DNA of 64,000 nucleotides from Macrostomum hystrix. Lineage: Eukaryota; Animalia; Platyhelminthes. Every line of letters starts with the position of its first letter. Positions within the stretch are counted from its first letter, which is position 1. This document shows, in pieces, positions 48,050-58,368 of this stretch. A program made the position numbers and the translations under genes. Location of the stretch: positions 2,294,001 to 2,358,000 of the forward strand of contig CATNEN010000038.1 of NCBI GenBank assembly GCA_950097015.1, read 5' to 3'. The notes beneath the pieces are model-generated. The model was not told the origin of the DNA. It made no database searches and was given only the letters and a program-made list of their open reading frames with translations.

Positions 48050-50320
48050 ATGCGACCACTTGCAGTCCTCATCCGCCACCTGCTCTTCAGCTCTGTCCTC
48101 CGCTGCGTATTGGCCGTTGAGTTCGGTCCTATCGGCTGCTACGTGGACAACACTGGCAGTGTCAGGGACCTCAACGGCCTGGCCGGCAGGTCAACCATCG
48201 GGCCCTACAACGTGGACACAGTCCAGAAGGGCGTCCTTATGAGCTCCATGACTTTGCAGTTGTGCAGCACCATCTGCAGCATCGGCAGCTTTGTCTACTT
48301 TGGTGTCCAGAATGGAGACAACTGCTTCTGCGGAAACTCCTTCGGCAGTCAGGGCGTTGCAGCTGCGTCCGACTGCAACAGGCCGTGCGTTGGAGATGCC
48401 AGCCAGATCTGCGGAGCTGGCGGTCGCAACTCGGTGTACCGACTGCTCTACCTGCGTCCGAGTGAGCACATCTATATATTAGTATTATTATTATTGAAGT
48501 TCGCACGCCGATTGCGTGCTGATTTTTTGTTTATTTGATGTTGGTAACAAAGCTGAAGGATTGGATTTAAAAAAATGCGATAGAAAAACAGTAGCATGCA
48601 TAAGATTAATTTTAGGTGAATTGAGTATTTGAAATTTGTAAAGAAAGGCATTAAAACAAAAATGAAATATTGAAATTTTAAGAGAAAATAAAAACTGAGA
48701 CTGAAATCACTTCGCTCCCGAAAGGAGAATAGCTTGTGTGTTTTTGCGAGTTACGATAAAATATAAGAAAACTAAAACTCAAACTACGAGCTATAATCAA
48801 GCATTCTAACTATGGGCCTCAGGGCAGTGGCTTTTTATCTAGCTTTAAGTATTATGCTTTCTATGAAGTCCACAAAACTTTCTTTTAACTCTGTGCTTTC
48901 CTGCGTCATTAAATACACAATTTTTTTTCATCAGCTGTTGGGCTTTCGAAATTGCGAACAGTGCCTGCCACTTTCTATATGAATTTATTTCTAAGTGGAA
49001 CATAAACGGACCAATCGCATCTAAAGAGAATATGAGTTTCGTTCTCTACCTCGACTCTACATTTTGGACATGTTCTGTTTTCATAGGCGATTTTCGGTCT
49101 TGAAGTGAGCAATGTCTCACAGACCAGTTTGTGGTTTCCTAGACGAAATCGGGACATTGTGCGCCTTTGTTCTGGGTTAGAGATTATTGTTAGGTACTTT
49201 TCTTTGGAGAAATATTTCTTAAACGTGTGGCTGAGCTTGGCTGATTTTCCCATCCTCTGAGTCCAGTGCCTTCGGAACTCTGACTCAAAGTTCTCTCAGT
49301 GCGTTTTGATGGACTTTGTTTTTCTAGTCTGTTGACGATTCCGCATTACTTCACTATTCATTGTTCCCCAATGCCAACATCGCTGCAGTATTCTGTATCT
49401 GCCACCAATTTCGCGATGATGGAGTCTGGTCGGCTCCGAACTGAGGACCAGTATTGAAGGCTTCTTTTTTGAATACTATATAATAGTGGTAGTCTTCCTA
49501 ATTCGGACCGAGCACCGTTGCTATCAGTGTTTGGACAGCGAAACAATAGATACAATAGAGTATCTATTGTTTCCCTTCACGTTCATGTGAAACCCAAGAT
49601 ATTTCCACTGCTGTACGGGTTCAACCAGTTGAACATGTAAAAACAGTCTATGTGTTGCCCTTGAGTGGAGATTGCAGCTCAGAAGCTGAGACCGTACTTA
49701 CCGTACTTATTATTGCTGGGTTCACGCCCAACTGCTTTAATCGTGTGACTAGGGTTGGGTGGTGAACCATGTCAAAGGCGCTTTTTAAATCAAAGAAAAC
49801 TAGATCGAAAGGTCTTTTCTTTTTCTTCTTTCTATGAATTAATGTCAATAGGGTTGCCATGTGATCGGAAGTCCGGCAAGCTTTTCTGTTTCCTATTTGA
49901 CTAGCCGATAGTAAGTTCAGGGCTTATATAAAGGGAATATATACACGGCAAATATGTCATTATTTATAGCATACTTATACGAGTATTTGCTCTAAGTATG
50001 ACGTAACGCATTGAATTATTGCAGAAGCACCTGTGACTTGGTATTTAAAGAAAAATGCTCCTTAACGAAACGCCTTTCCAGTTGGCACACCGCTCATCCT
50101 GCAGCAGACTGGCCGACTGTACCTGAATGTGAGCTCCTCCAGCGGACCGTTCTACCGCAGCCAGCTGCAGCCAATCAGGAGCGACGTGGAATGCTTCATG
50201 AACTGCAACGCCGACTGCCAGGCAGTTCTGGTCGGTCCGGGCGTCTGCCAACTGCTCAAGTTCCCCGCTGTGCCCCACGAGCTGCTCAACATGCCGGGCG
50301 AGTTCTTTGTTCGAGTCTAG
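48050..50320 (+). CDS. Secreted WSC-domain protein with a C-terminal cysteine (PAN/apple-like) module
   Basis: Exon 48050-48461: signal peptide and WSC motifs (GCYVD, MTLQLCSTIC, YFGVQNGDNCFCGN, CNRPCVGDASQICGAGGRNSVY), phase-1 donor gtgagc. Exon 50082-50320 continues in frame (...ECFMNCNADCQAVLVGPGVCQLL...*). Confidence 0.8.
48720..49915 (-). mobile_element. 5'-truncated, internally deleted LINE (L2/CR1-group-like) in the WSC gene intron
   Basis: RT motif FFDLKSAFDMVHH, SELGRLPL, and C-terminal SRFRLGNHKL...RTCPKC...ENETHILFRC. Confidence 0.8.
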
Positions 50321-50934
50321 CCATCAAGATGAGACTGTCTTCACTGGGCTGACAGGCACAGTGTGAACAAAATAGAGAGCTGCGAGCTACAAGCAAGCCA
50401 GGACTTTAAGTCATCAGCAGCGAGGATTATCTACAACTCTGAAGTGGAGAGCAAAAAACATTTTCAAGTTTGCCTAGATCTTGGCGTCAATTAGTTTTTT
50501 AGAATTATTACGCAACTTTAAAGTCTTCTCTGACACGGTTTAAACAAAGAATTTTCACAGCGCAATTGAAAAGCATGAAATGATAAAAAACGAATCCGTC
50601 TAAAGATCAGCGGGAAACTTTGATGCTATAAAGTATAAACTCTTAAAAATAATAAATATGATGCAGGGAGAACAGTGATTGTCCTGAGGTCAAAGTTTAA
50701 GTACGAAAGTATAGATGCGCTGAATCAATTGCTTGTTACAAGTTATATTTATTCATGGCACTGTTTTAGTAACATATATTTCGTTATACCTCTTGGTTTT
50801 GCTCTTATTTCGCCTCTTCTTTCCTTGTTACCTTTACCTACTTTCCTTATAAATATAATTTTTCTGTGTAGTCGACGAAACATGTTTTTGTTTTCAATTA
50901 AAAAACAAAATAACAGTATAAATATCAGCACTTA

Positions 50935-51170
50935 CATTGGTGTCCGCAGTGTGCGGGTGGAAGTTAAAGCGGTCGCTTAGGTCGGCGTACTTTGCAGCTT
51001 TACGTGTCTAGGCGGCGGCTGCGGAGGTCCTGGCGGCGACAGCCGAGGCATGTAGGTGGCTTCGGGTGCAGGTGAGAATGACTGTCGCGTCCCAGGCGAT
51101 CGGCCGCCCCCGCTTTTGTGATGCCGTTAAATCGCCGCGGATCGGGCGCCCACCGGGTTGTTCTTGACCG
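50935..51170 (-). mobile_element. Fragment of a restriction-like endonuclease of a CRE/R2-group non-LTR retrotransposon
   Basis: KRGRPIAWDATVI...ASAVAARTSAAAA*TRKAAKYADL matches the recalled WDAT...AA..E..K..KY motif. Confidence 0.65.
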
Positions 51171-51879
51171 GCGAATGATATTATGTGATTGGCCTGCTTC
51201 AGGGTTATTGGCCTGATTATTAACACTCAGTCTCATAAGGCGTTTCCAAGGACTCAGAGAGTCACCGCAATTCAGTCTCGAAACTGGTTTCTCCACGAGC
51301 TCCCTTTCTTTCTCACTTATATAAATGACATGCTTTAACTTTAAATAGTTTGTAAGTTGGCTCACGCCAATATATTAAACGGCAAAGTTGGTGCACGCTG
51401 CAGCGCTAACCCCCCACCCCCCACCCCAAACAAGCCGCGCGTGCACATCTAAGTGCACGCGCACTAACAAGCCAGACTACAAATTTATGTTTTCAGCAAG
51501 TCGAGATCCAGAAAAAAATCGAGAAAAATTCACAAGCAAATTGTTTTACAATTAAAACAAATCGACTTCGGATTTGAATACTCTTTAAAGCATTTAGGAA
51601 ACATCTAAATTAATTTTTAACCAGTGGCGTAGCTAGCATTTTGAAATGGGGAGGGATGAAAAAAGAGGCAATGAGTAAAACAAAATATTCTTTTTGTGTC
51701 AGTAAAAAAGAAAGCTAGCTTTTGGTCAGATAATTTGATAAAAGTTTTAAAAAGTCTGGACGCCATAAGCAGCAGGCAGGCTAGACAATTATTATGAAGT
51801 GAAATGATACATTACAATTACAACCCCATCCATACATCTGAATCTGATCAATCAGCCGTGTTGACGACTCTTAGGCTAC

Positions 51880-52262
51880 ATCGAACATGCGCGACGGTCG
51901 CCTAATAGGCAACTCCGAACATGTTCTTTGTTCCGAGAACATGTTCTTTTAAATCAATAAGGCTACTTAATGTATATTAAATACCGCTAGGTGAAGAAAA
52001 AATAATGAATAAAAAACTATGCCTTCCTTGGCATGAGGTCAACAAACAAGACAGAGTTAAACCATGTCTAGTAATATCCTAGTTCACCAGCACTTAACGT
52101 ACATATTAGCCAGCAATATAGTTTTCTCTCAACGGCGCATTCAGCATGTAGCTACATATATATATTTTACAATACGAAGCCTTATAAATCAAAAAGAACA
52201 TGTTCTCGGAACAAAGAACATGTTCGGAGTTGCCTATTAGCCGACCGTCGCGCATGTTCGAT
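51880..52262. mobile_element. MITE-like element with ~70-bp inverted termini
   Basis: atcgaacatgcgcgacggtcgcctaataggcaactccgaacatgttctttgttccgagaacatgttctttt at the left, reverse complement with one mismatch at 52192-52262; TSD not resolved. Confidence 0.8.
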
Positions 52263-52813
52263 TACCGTTTCTTAGACCCTATCTCTGTCAACACGGGTGG
52301 ATCAATCGTCATTCGTCATCATGTAATTTGCTTCGCTGATTCGCTTAAAGAAAAAGTCGCGTATTTTACTGAAGATTTATAACTTCGCAAACTTCACTGA
52401 ACTTCACAACGCCGAACATTCTTGCACTGTCCTTCACAAGTCCGAAACTTCATAAGGCGTTGTGAAGTTTCGGTCTTATGAAATTTCGGTTTTATGAAAA
52501 ATGTGTTTCGACGTTGTGAAATTTCGGTCTTGTGAAGCCACCCCTTTTTTAAACGTACTTAAACAGACAGTTCTTAGAAATATCTAGCAAGTTAAAACTA
52601 AACTAAAAAAGACTAGAAGCAAGAGTTTTAAAACTGCATTTAGAAAATAAAATGTTCGGTGGAGTCGCTGGTATGCAACACCTTGTAGCATAACCCCTAA
52701 TACGACCCTAATTTAGGAGAGCTAGTAACCCTATAATTCCGTCTGGCGATGAGTTTCGCAAGTTCTTTTCTTTCAAGTCCACATACACTGCACTCAGTCG
52801 AACGCAGCAGCCG

Positions 52814-53801
52814 TCAGTTTCTAATCAGGCACTCGAATGTCTTGATCGAGTAAATCCATTTGAAAACAGACGACGAACTGGGGAGCATGTAGTTGATACC
52901 TCCTGACAAGTCAGTCGGGTTCTGCTTGTACACAGCATTCGGGTCCATCGCTGCGCAGTGACCGTACCACCAGCCGGCTGATCTCTCCAGTGCGCAGCTT
53001 CCGCCACTCCAGATGTCATTGTCAGCGTCGACTGTGCTGAATTGCTGGTTGTTGATAGACCAGACCGAGTTAGTCACCTGGCCGACACTCGACCTGCTGG
53101 TGTCCGGCGGCCCCATCGAGGCCCTGTACCTGTCAGCCGCAGCGCCAACCGAGAACGGCGCATTCTCAGCCCAGTACCAGGTGCCGTTGAAGTCGCTGAA
53201 CTCCCACCGAACTCTCCACAGTCCGGAGGCGGTGATCTGGTGCAGCTGCTCCAGTCCCATCCAGAAGTTGAGGCTCTCGCCCTGACCGAATCCGCTCACG
53301 TACTCGGACCAGCTGCGTCTGAAGTTGACGGAGCCGTCCACTCGGTGCTGGAAGGTCCGCCAGCAGCTCGAAGGTGGCGATTTCAGCTGTATAGAGTAAA
53401 TTTCAAAATAATATTCAGCAAAGTCAAATTACAAAACTGCTGAGACCTTCCTATTCTGTGCTCAACTATATAATCTTGAGTAGTTTTGTGGTAAATAGCC
53501 AACTTGCCCAGAGCAGCGGCAAGCTCGAGCTGCTGGCGTGCCGGCACTTCCTGCAGCCGCTGCTCCCCAGACTGCAGGCTAGCAGCGAGCAGGAGGACGA
53601 GGCCGCATTAAAGCTGACCGCGTCCGCATTAACGGCCATCGTCATGCAGTGGATGTCGCTCAGAGCCGTCCTGACTGCCAGCAGCGTGTACTCGTCGAGA
53701 TTGTCTCGCTGCAACACCCAGTCCGAGGCTGTGGTCGATGCTGGCAGCAGAGAGCAGACCGCCAGCCACGCGCAAGCTGGCAGTAATGAATTTGGCAGCA
53801 T
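52814..53801 (-). CDS. Secreted fibrinogen-related protein with an N-terminal PAN/apple-like module
   Basis: Exon 53508-53801: signal peptide MLPNSLLPACAWLAVCSLL and SDIHC...AVSFN...CSL. GC donor TGG|gcaagt, phase 0. Exon 52814-53386: WRTFQHRVDGSVNFRRSWSEYVSGFG, FWMGLEQLH, FSTVDADND, CA...GWWYGHC. Confidence 0.88.
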
Positions 53802-54764
53802 TGCTATCGAAAATGTAAGGATGTCAGAATCGTCAACCAGTTTTCTAATCACTCGCGACAATGTCCAAGTCAAGGCTTCTTAAACAGTTGATTGCACGAA
53901 TATGACTATTTATCGTCCGCTGAGCTGCTTCCGGTCTCCAAGCAACCGTCCACAACCTTAGTGCTGGCATCCAGCTCACACTGATGAGTAGTGCTGGACT
54001 GATAGATGCGGAAGCAGTTGAAAATGCTTGTCTTGCAACTGTAGTGGCGTTCTTGTTGATTTAACTAATAGCGATGCGCATCTTCTCATAGCTTTTTATA
54101 CATTTATATCTGAAGCGTTGGAAATGCTTGCTGCTGAGATTTGGCTTGAGCAAAGTGGATCCTCTTGCAATGCAATCGTGAATACTGGGCAGTGTTTCAG
54201 CAGGCACCAATGCAAACAGAAGCATGAGGCGTAGAACAAGTTAGAAATGATTGAAATGCATCCCATTAAGGAAGGTTTTCGTAATTGCCGATACTGCTGA
54301 AGACCTGACAATAAAATTTTGTTGTTTACAATTACATTTCTTTTTCTTTTTTAGGCCTCTCCCATGTACGAGCTACCTTCCCCCTTCCCCAATGACTCCC
54401 CCTGCGCGACCTTGGGATGTTAGAATACCTCGCATGGACTCCTTACTTTCGGCCATGGACTCTGGGGTGAGCAAAAAGTACATTCTCTATTTAGAGCTGA
54501 AGCCCTATTCGTCAGGGTCAGTGGGTTGTGCTGTCCCACTTGTGGCTGGTGGCAGCCCTGCCTGCAGGTCCTACCTTTCACAACCCTGGTCTTTTCCCCT
54601 TGTCCCTTGGATTTTCATCCCTTCGATTGCTATCCCTCGGAAGCCGGTACCACCTTCATGAGCTAGAAGCTGGAAAGGGGCGACATCACTTGATAGCTAT
54701 ATCCATAGACAGATATTAATTGACCCATTTCCCACTGTTACATCTCAAAACTCATCAACGCTGG

Positions 54765-55240
54765 CTAGGGTCGAAGATCGAATACGAGAACTCGTAGAAC
54801 TCGCCCGGCATGTTGAGCAGCTCGTGTGGCAAAGTGGAAAACTTGAGCAGGTGACAAACGCCTCACAAGAGCTGCAGCCCTGGCAGTCGGCGTCGCAGTT
54901 CCAGAGCCTGTCCATGCCGCTCCTAGATGGTTATAACACACTAAAAGTGGGGATCGAACCTCGCGCTGGCAGACCGAGACCGGTTTCTGGCTTGTTTGCC
55001 TTCGTCAGTCAGCCATAGCCACACGCAGTCCTCTCCCACCACTCTCAGTGTGCACAGAAGTCTCTTTTTTAAGCTTGCTATTTTTACGGCGATACTTTTT
55101 AGTGTTTTGAGAGTTTTGCAGCCAAGTCTTAGCTTTTCTACTGTTGTCAGTAGTCTGAATTGTACTCGTATCTCTCACAATGGTTGCTGGCAGCTGGCGA
55201 ACCACAGGCTGCTGAAGGACGTCGTGTAGCGGCCCCCGGT
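54765..55240 (-). pseudogene. Second degenerate copy of the WSC-gene last exon, split by a solo LTR
   Basis: Minus strand reads WNCDADCQG...VCHLLKFSTLPHELLNMPGEFY with a frameshift. Confidence 0.7.
54932..55179. mobile_element. Short solo LTR (248 bp), copy 2
   Basis: TATAACA (TG mutated to TA)...TCTCACA with perfect 5-bp TSD ATGGT. Confidence 0.88.
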
Positions 55241-56554
55241 AATGGACTCTGCGCGGATCACGTGACCGGCCATGAAGCTTCGGACGGCGTTGTTACAGAG
55301 TCACTCTGGGAGGGCTGAGTGCTCAGTGTGGCCCGCTGGTACAGTACCTGGCTTGGTGACTCAACCGCAACGACGGTGAATGTTAAAAATGCATAGCGTA
55401 CAGCACAGGCTCGCCAGCACCTGCGTCACGGCACATGTCTTTGCGTTGCACCGAAGAGCACCGACCGCCTTGAATAATCGGGTCCCATTGTAGACAAGTC
55501 TGGTCTGGCAGGGCGTCGCTTCATGCAGCACGACACGGATTGCCCACGCAAGACTTCGGCGAGGTCGCAGCTCGATCGTCAAGAGTAGCCCAAGAGACAA
55601 CCCTTTCCAGGATACGAGTATGAACAGGGTGTGTACAGTACGTGCAGGATTCCGTATAGATGTGGTCATGTGGTGAAGAATTAGATTTTAAACGATTCTT
55701 GTCCAAGGCCCCAGTGACAAGATCAATTAACATTGCTCTGCACAAATCCGCTACGGCGAATCGACATTGGTTCAATAATAAAATCTGACAATATATTCAA
55801 ATATATGTTCAACAATAATAGCCAATATGGCTACATAATGAAATTTTGTAAGCAGAAAAAATAATGCCTATATCGGTGGCTTTTGCAGCCAGACACCCCG
55901 TCGAGAATCGTTGAATATCTCGACAGTGCCGACATATTGTGATTCTAAAAGTAGTTTTATAGGATAGAGCAGAAATATGTAGCCCATGTTCTGCATTTTC
56001 ATGGCGATTGGTTGAATACTTCGGGAGATACCGAAATACCCCGCGTGCATTTTCTTTCTTCCATAAGGCATTTCAAGCCTTCATCTAATATACTAATATA
56101 ATAATAACATGCAGGCGGGACATAGGTACTGGCACAATGGCAGACTATTCTAGCATTAGCTGCCTGTCATCCGAGGCTAACGGAAATGCTTTGTTAGCCA
56201 ACTGAAAGTATTGAGTGCTTGCACTGGCACGTTGTGGCTTGGTCAGAGCATCGGCAGTTTAGAGAGCTACTGCAATATCTCTCAGTGTAAATCTCTCATT
56301 GTAAACATAGGCTAAAAACAGTCGTCTATTTGGGCTTATGCCGTTTCGTGTTTTTTTCGTCTCGCAAATATCCCGCGAGACATTTAGGCTTCCCTCTAAG
56401 TTTACACTAATTTGTCACACGTTTTACCAATAGACTATCATTTTCATCGGCATTCTGCATAGACGAAAATATCAAACAAACAATTAAATCATAAATAAAA
56501 AAGGATCGGGCGGCAAAACCCTTTAACGCCTTAGTAGGCCATGTAACCCATCAA

Positions 56555-56990
56555 AACCTACACCATTAAACCCTTAAACGTCTAATCCCTACACCATCAA
56601 ACCCCTACACCCCCTAACCCTTAAAATCTCAAACCCCTACACCCCCTAACCCTTAAAATCTCAAACCCCTACACCCCCTAACCCTTAAAATCTCAAACCC
56701 CTACACCCCCTAACCCTTAAAATCTCAAACCCCTACACCCCCTAACCCTTAAAATCTCAAACCCCTACACCCCCTAACCCTTAAAATCTCAAACCCCTAC
56801 ACCCCCAACCCTTAAAATTTCAAACCCCTACACCCTCTAACCCTTAAAATTTCAAACCCCTACACCCTCTAAGCCTTAAAATTTCAAACCCCTACACCCT
56901 CTAACCCCTAAAATGTCAAACCCCTACACCCTCTAACCCCTAAAATGTCAAACCCCTACACCCTCTAACCCTAAAACTTCAAACCCCTAG
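56555..56990. repeat. 32-bp C-rich minisatellite
   Basis: aaacccctacaccccctaacccttaaaatctc repeated. Confidence 0.9.
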
Positions 56991-57787
56991 ATCTATGTCT
57001 AGGATGCTCTGAATAGAAGTACCTTAACTGCACAATAATGTTAACTCATCCATTCTCCACTCCCAGGTAGCAGAACTTTTCTGTCTGCCTGGCGGTTTCT
57101 CATAAAAATACCAACAAAAAATTCTGCTTGTACTGCTCCAAAACAATTAATTCGCTCAGAAAATAATTACCACAAGTCGACTTTAGGACAGAAAATTTCA
57201 ACAAAAACAGCTTTCTATTGTTGTTAACGTTGGTGGTCATTTAAAATAATCAAAAATGTATTGAAGAAAAAATTGATGTTATAAATTTAAACGGAAGCAG
57301 ACAAAAACTACATTATATAATTGCTACTCAAGCAAGTCGTTCTTCAAACTCTCGCTTTATCTACTAAGTACTTATAACAAGTAGTCAGCGCGCAGCCTAA
57401 TAAGTTTCTTGTAAATTATATAGATTAATCAAATAAAATCTTTATTGAATATATGGCTTATCAGATTACAAGACAGGTCATGCAGGTCATTAAATACATA
57501 GCAATCATGATAATGGGACGATTTTGTGGATTTGTTCTGGAATGTCGAACCTAAAATTCGCAAACTCGCACACTTGCATAAAAATCTAATTGTTTTATCA
57601 AAGGATTGCCAATCACCAAATCAGGGTTATCAATGAACAGTTATGACACAATAAAGACCAGACAGGGGCTCGACAGAAACAAGGACTAAAGGCGGCTCTA
57701 AGCGAAAATTCATTGAGGCGTTGATTGCCAAGGCGTATTTACGCCATGCGGTCTTTGTTTCAAATGATTAAGTGGCACCCATGAATG

Positions 57788-58155
57788 AGGGGGGTCAGTG
57801 GCAGAGCGGTCTAACGCGTTTGCCTCTCGCACCAATGTCACTGAGCTCGATTCCGCGGCGAGGTCATTTTAATTTTGGGGCGCAGCCGCGGAGCGAAGGC
57901 TTGGGGGCTTGCCGTGCAATTTACGTCCTCGAGGGCCAACCTCCAAGGCACAGTGAGAGTGTACACTGCCTGACGATGAAAAAGTCAGGGCAGATGTACA
58001 CACCTGTGTGAGCGTGTGCCTGCATACGGTATCTGCGCGTGTGTGCTCAGGAGTCAGCGAAATGGGAAGAATTGCCTCCTTGCTGGCTGCAGGTCTGGAG
58101 TCACCAAATGATGCGCCATCGCCCGCAGCCCCCCTGCAAATATGATAGCTATTCA
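57788..58155 (+). mobile_element. tRNA-derived SINE-like repeat, family B (longer copy)
   Basis: A box TGGCAGAGCGG, B-box-like GAGCTCGATTCC; body shared with 6811-7082. Confidence 0.7.
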
Positions 58156-58368
58156 TAATTTTTTATCTATGAATGAGTTAGAAGAACACTAAAATATATA
58201 GAAAATATTGTTTATAAAAGGGCTTTGTGTATCAATGAATGAGTTCGGTTAGAAAATTAAGATAATACTCCAAGATTGTACTCAATGCATTTTCGCTTAA
58301 AATCGCCATTTTCTACCAACTCAGTGTAGTCCTTGGACCATAACTATCAGAAACTATCAGAACAATGC

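Noticed and set aside
51622-51660. hAT-like terminus CAGTGGCGTAGCTAG
   Set aside because: No matching opposite TIR found in the window.
46734-55179. One 8.4-kb LTR retrotransposon bounded by the two similar LTRs
   Set aside because: Each LTR has its own distinct TSD and the interior holds host genes with no gag or pol.
56555-56990. Telomeric repeat
   Set aside because: CCCTAA occurs only once per 32-bp unit and not as a tandem hexamer.
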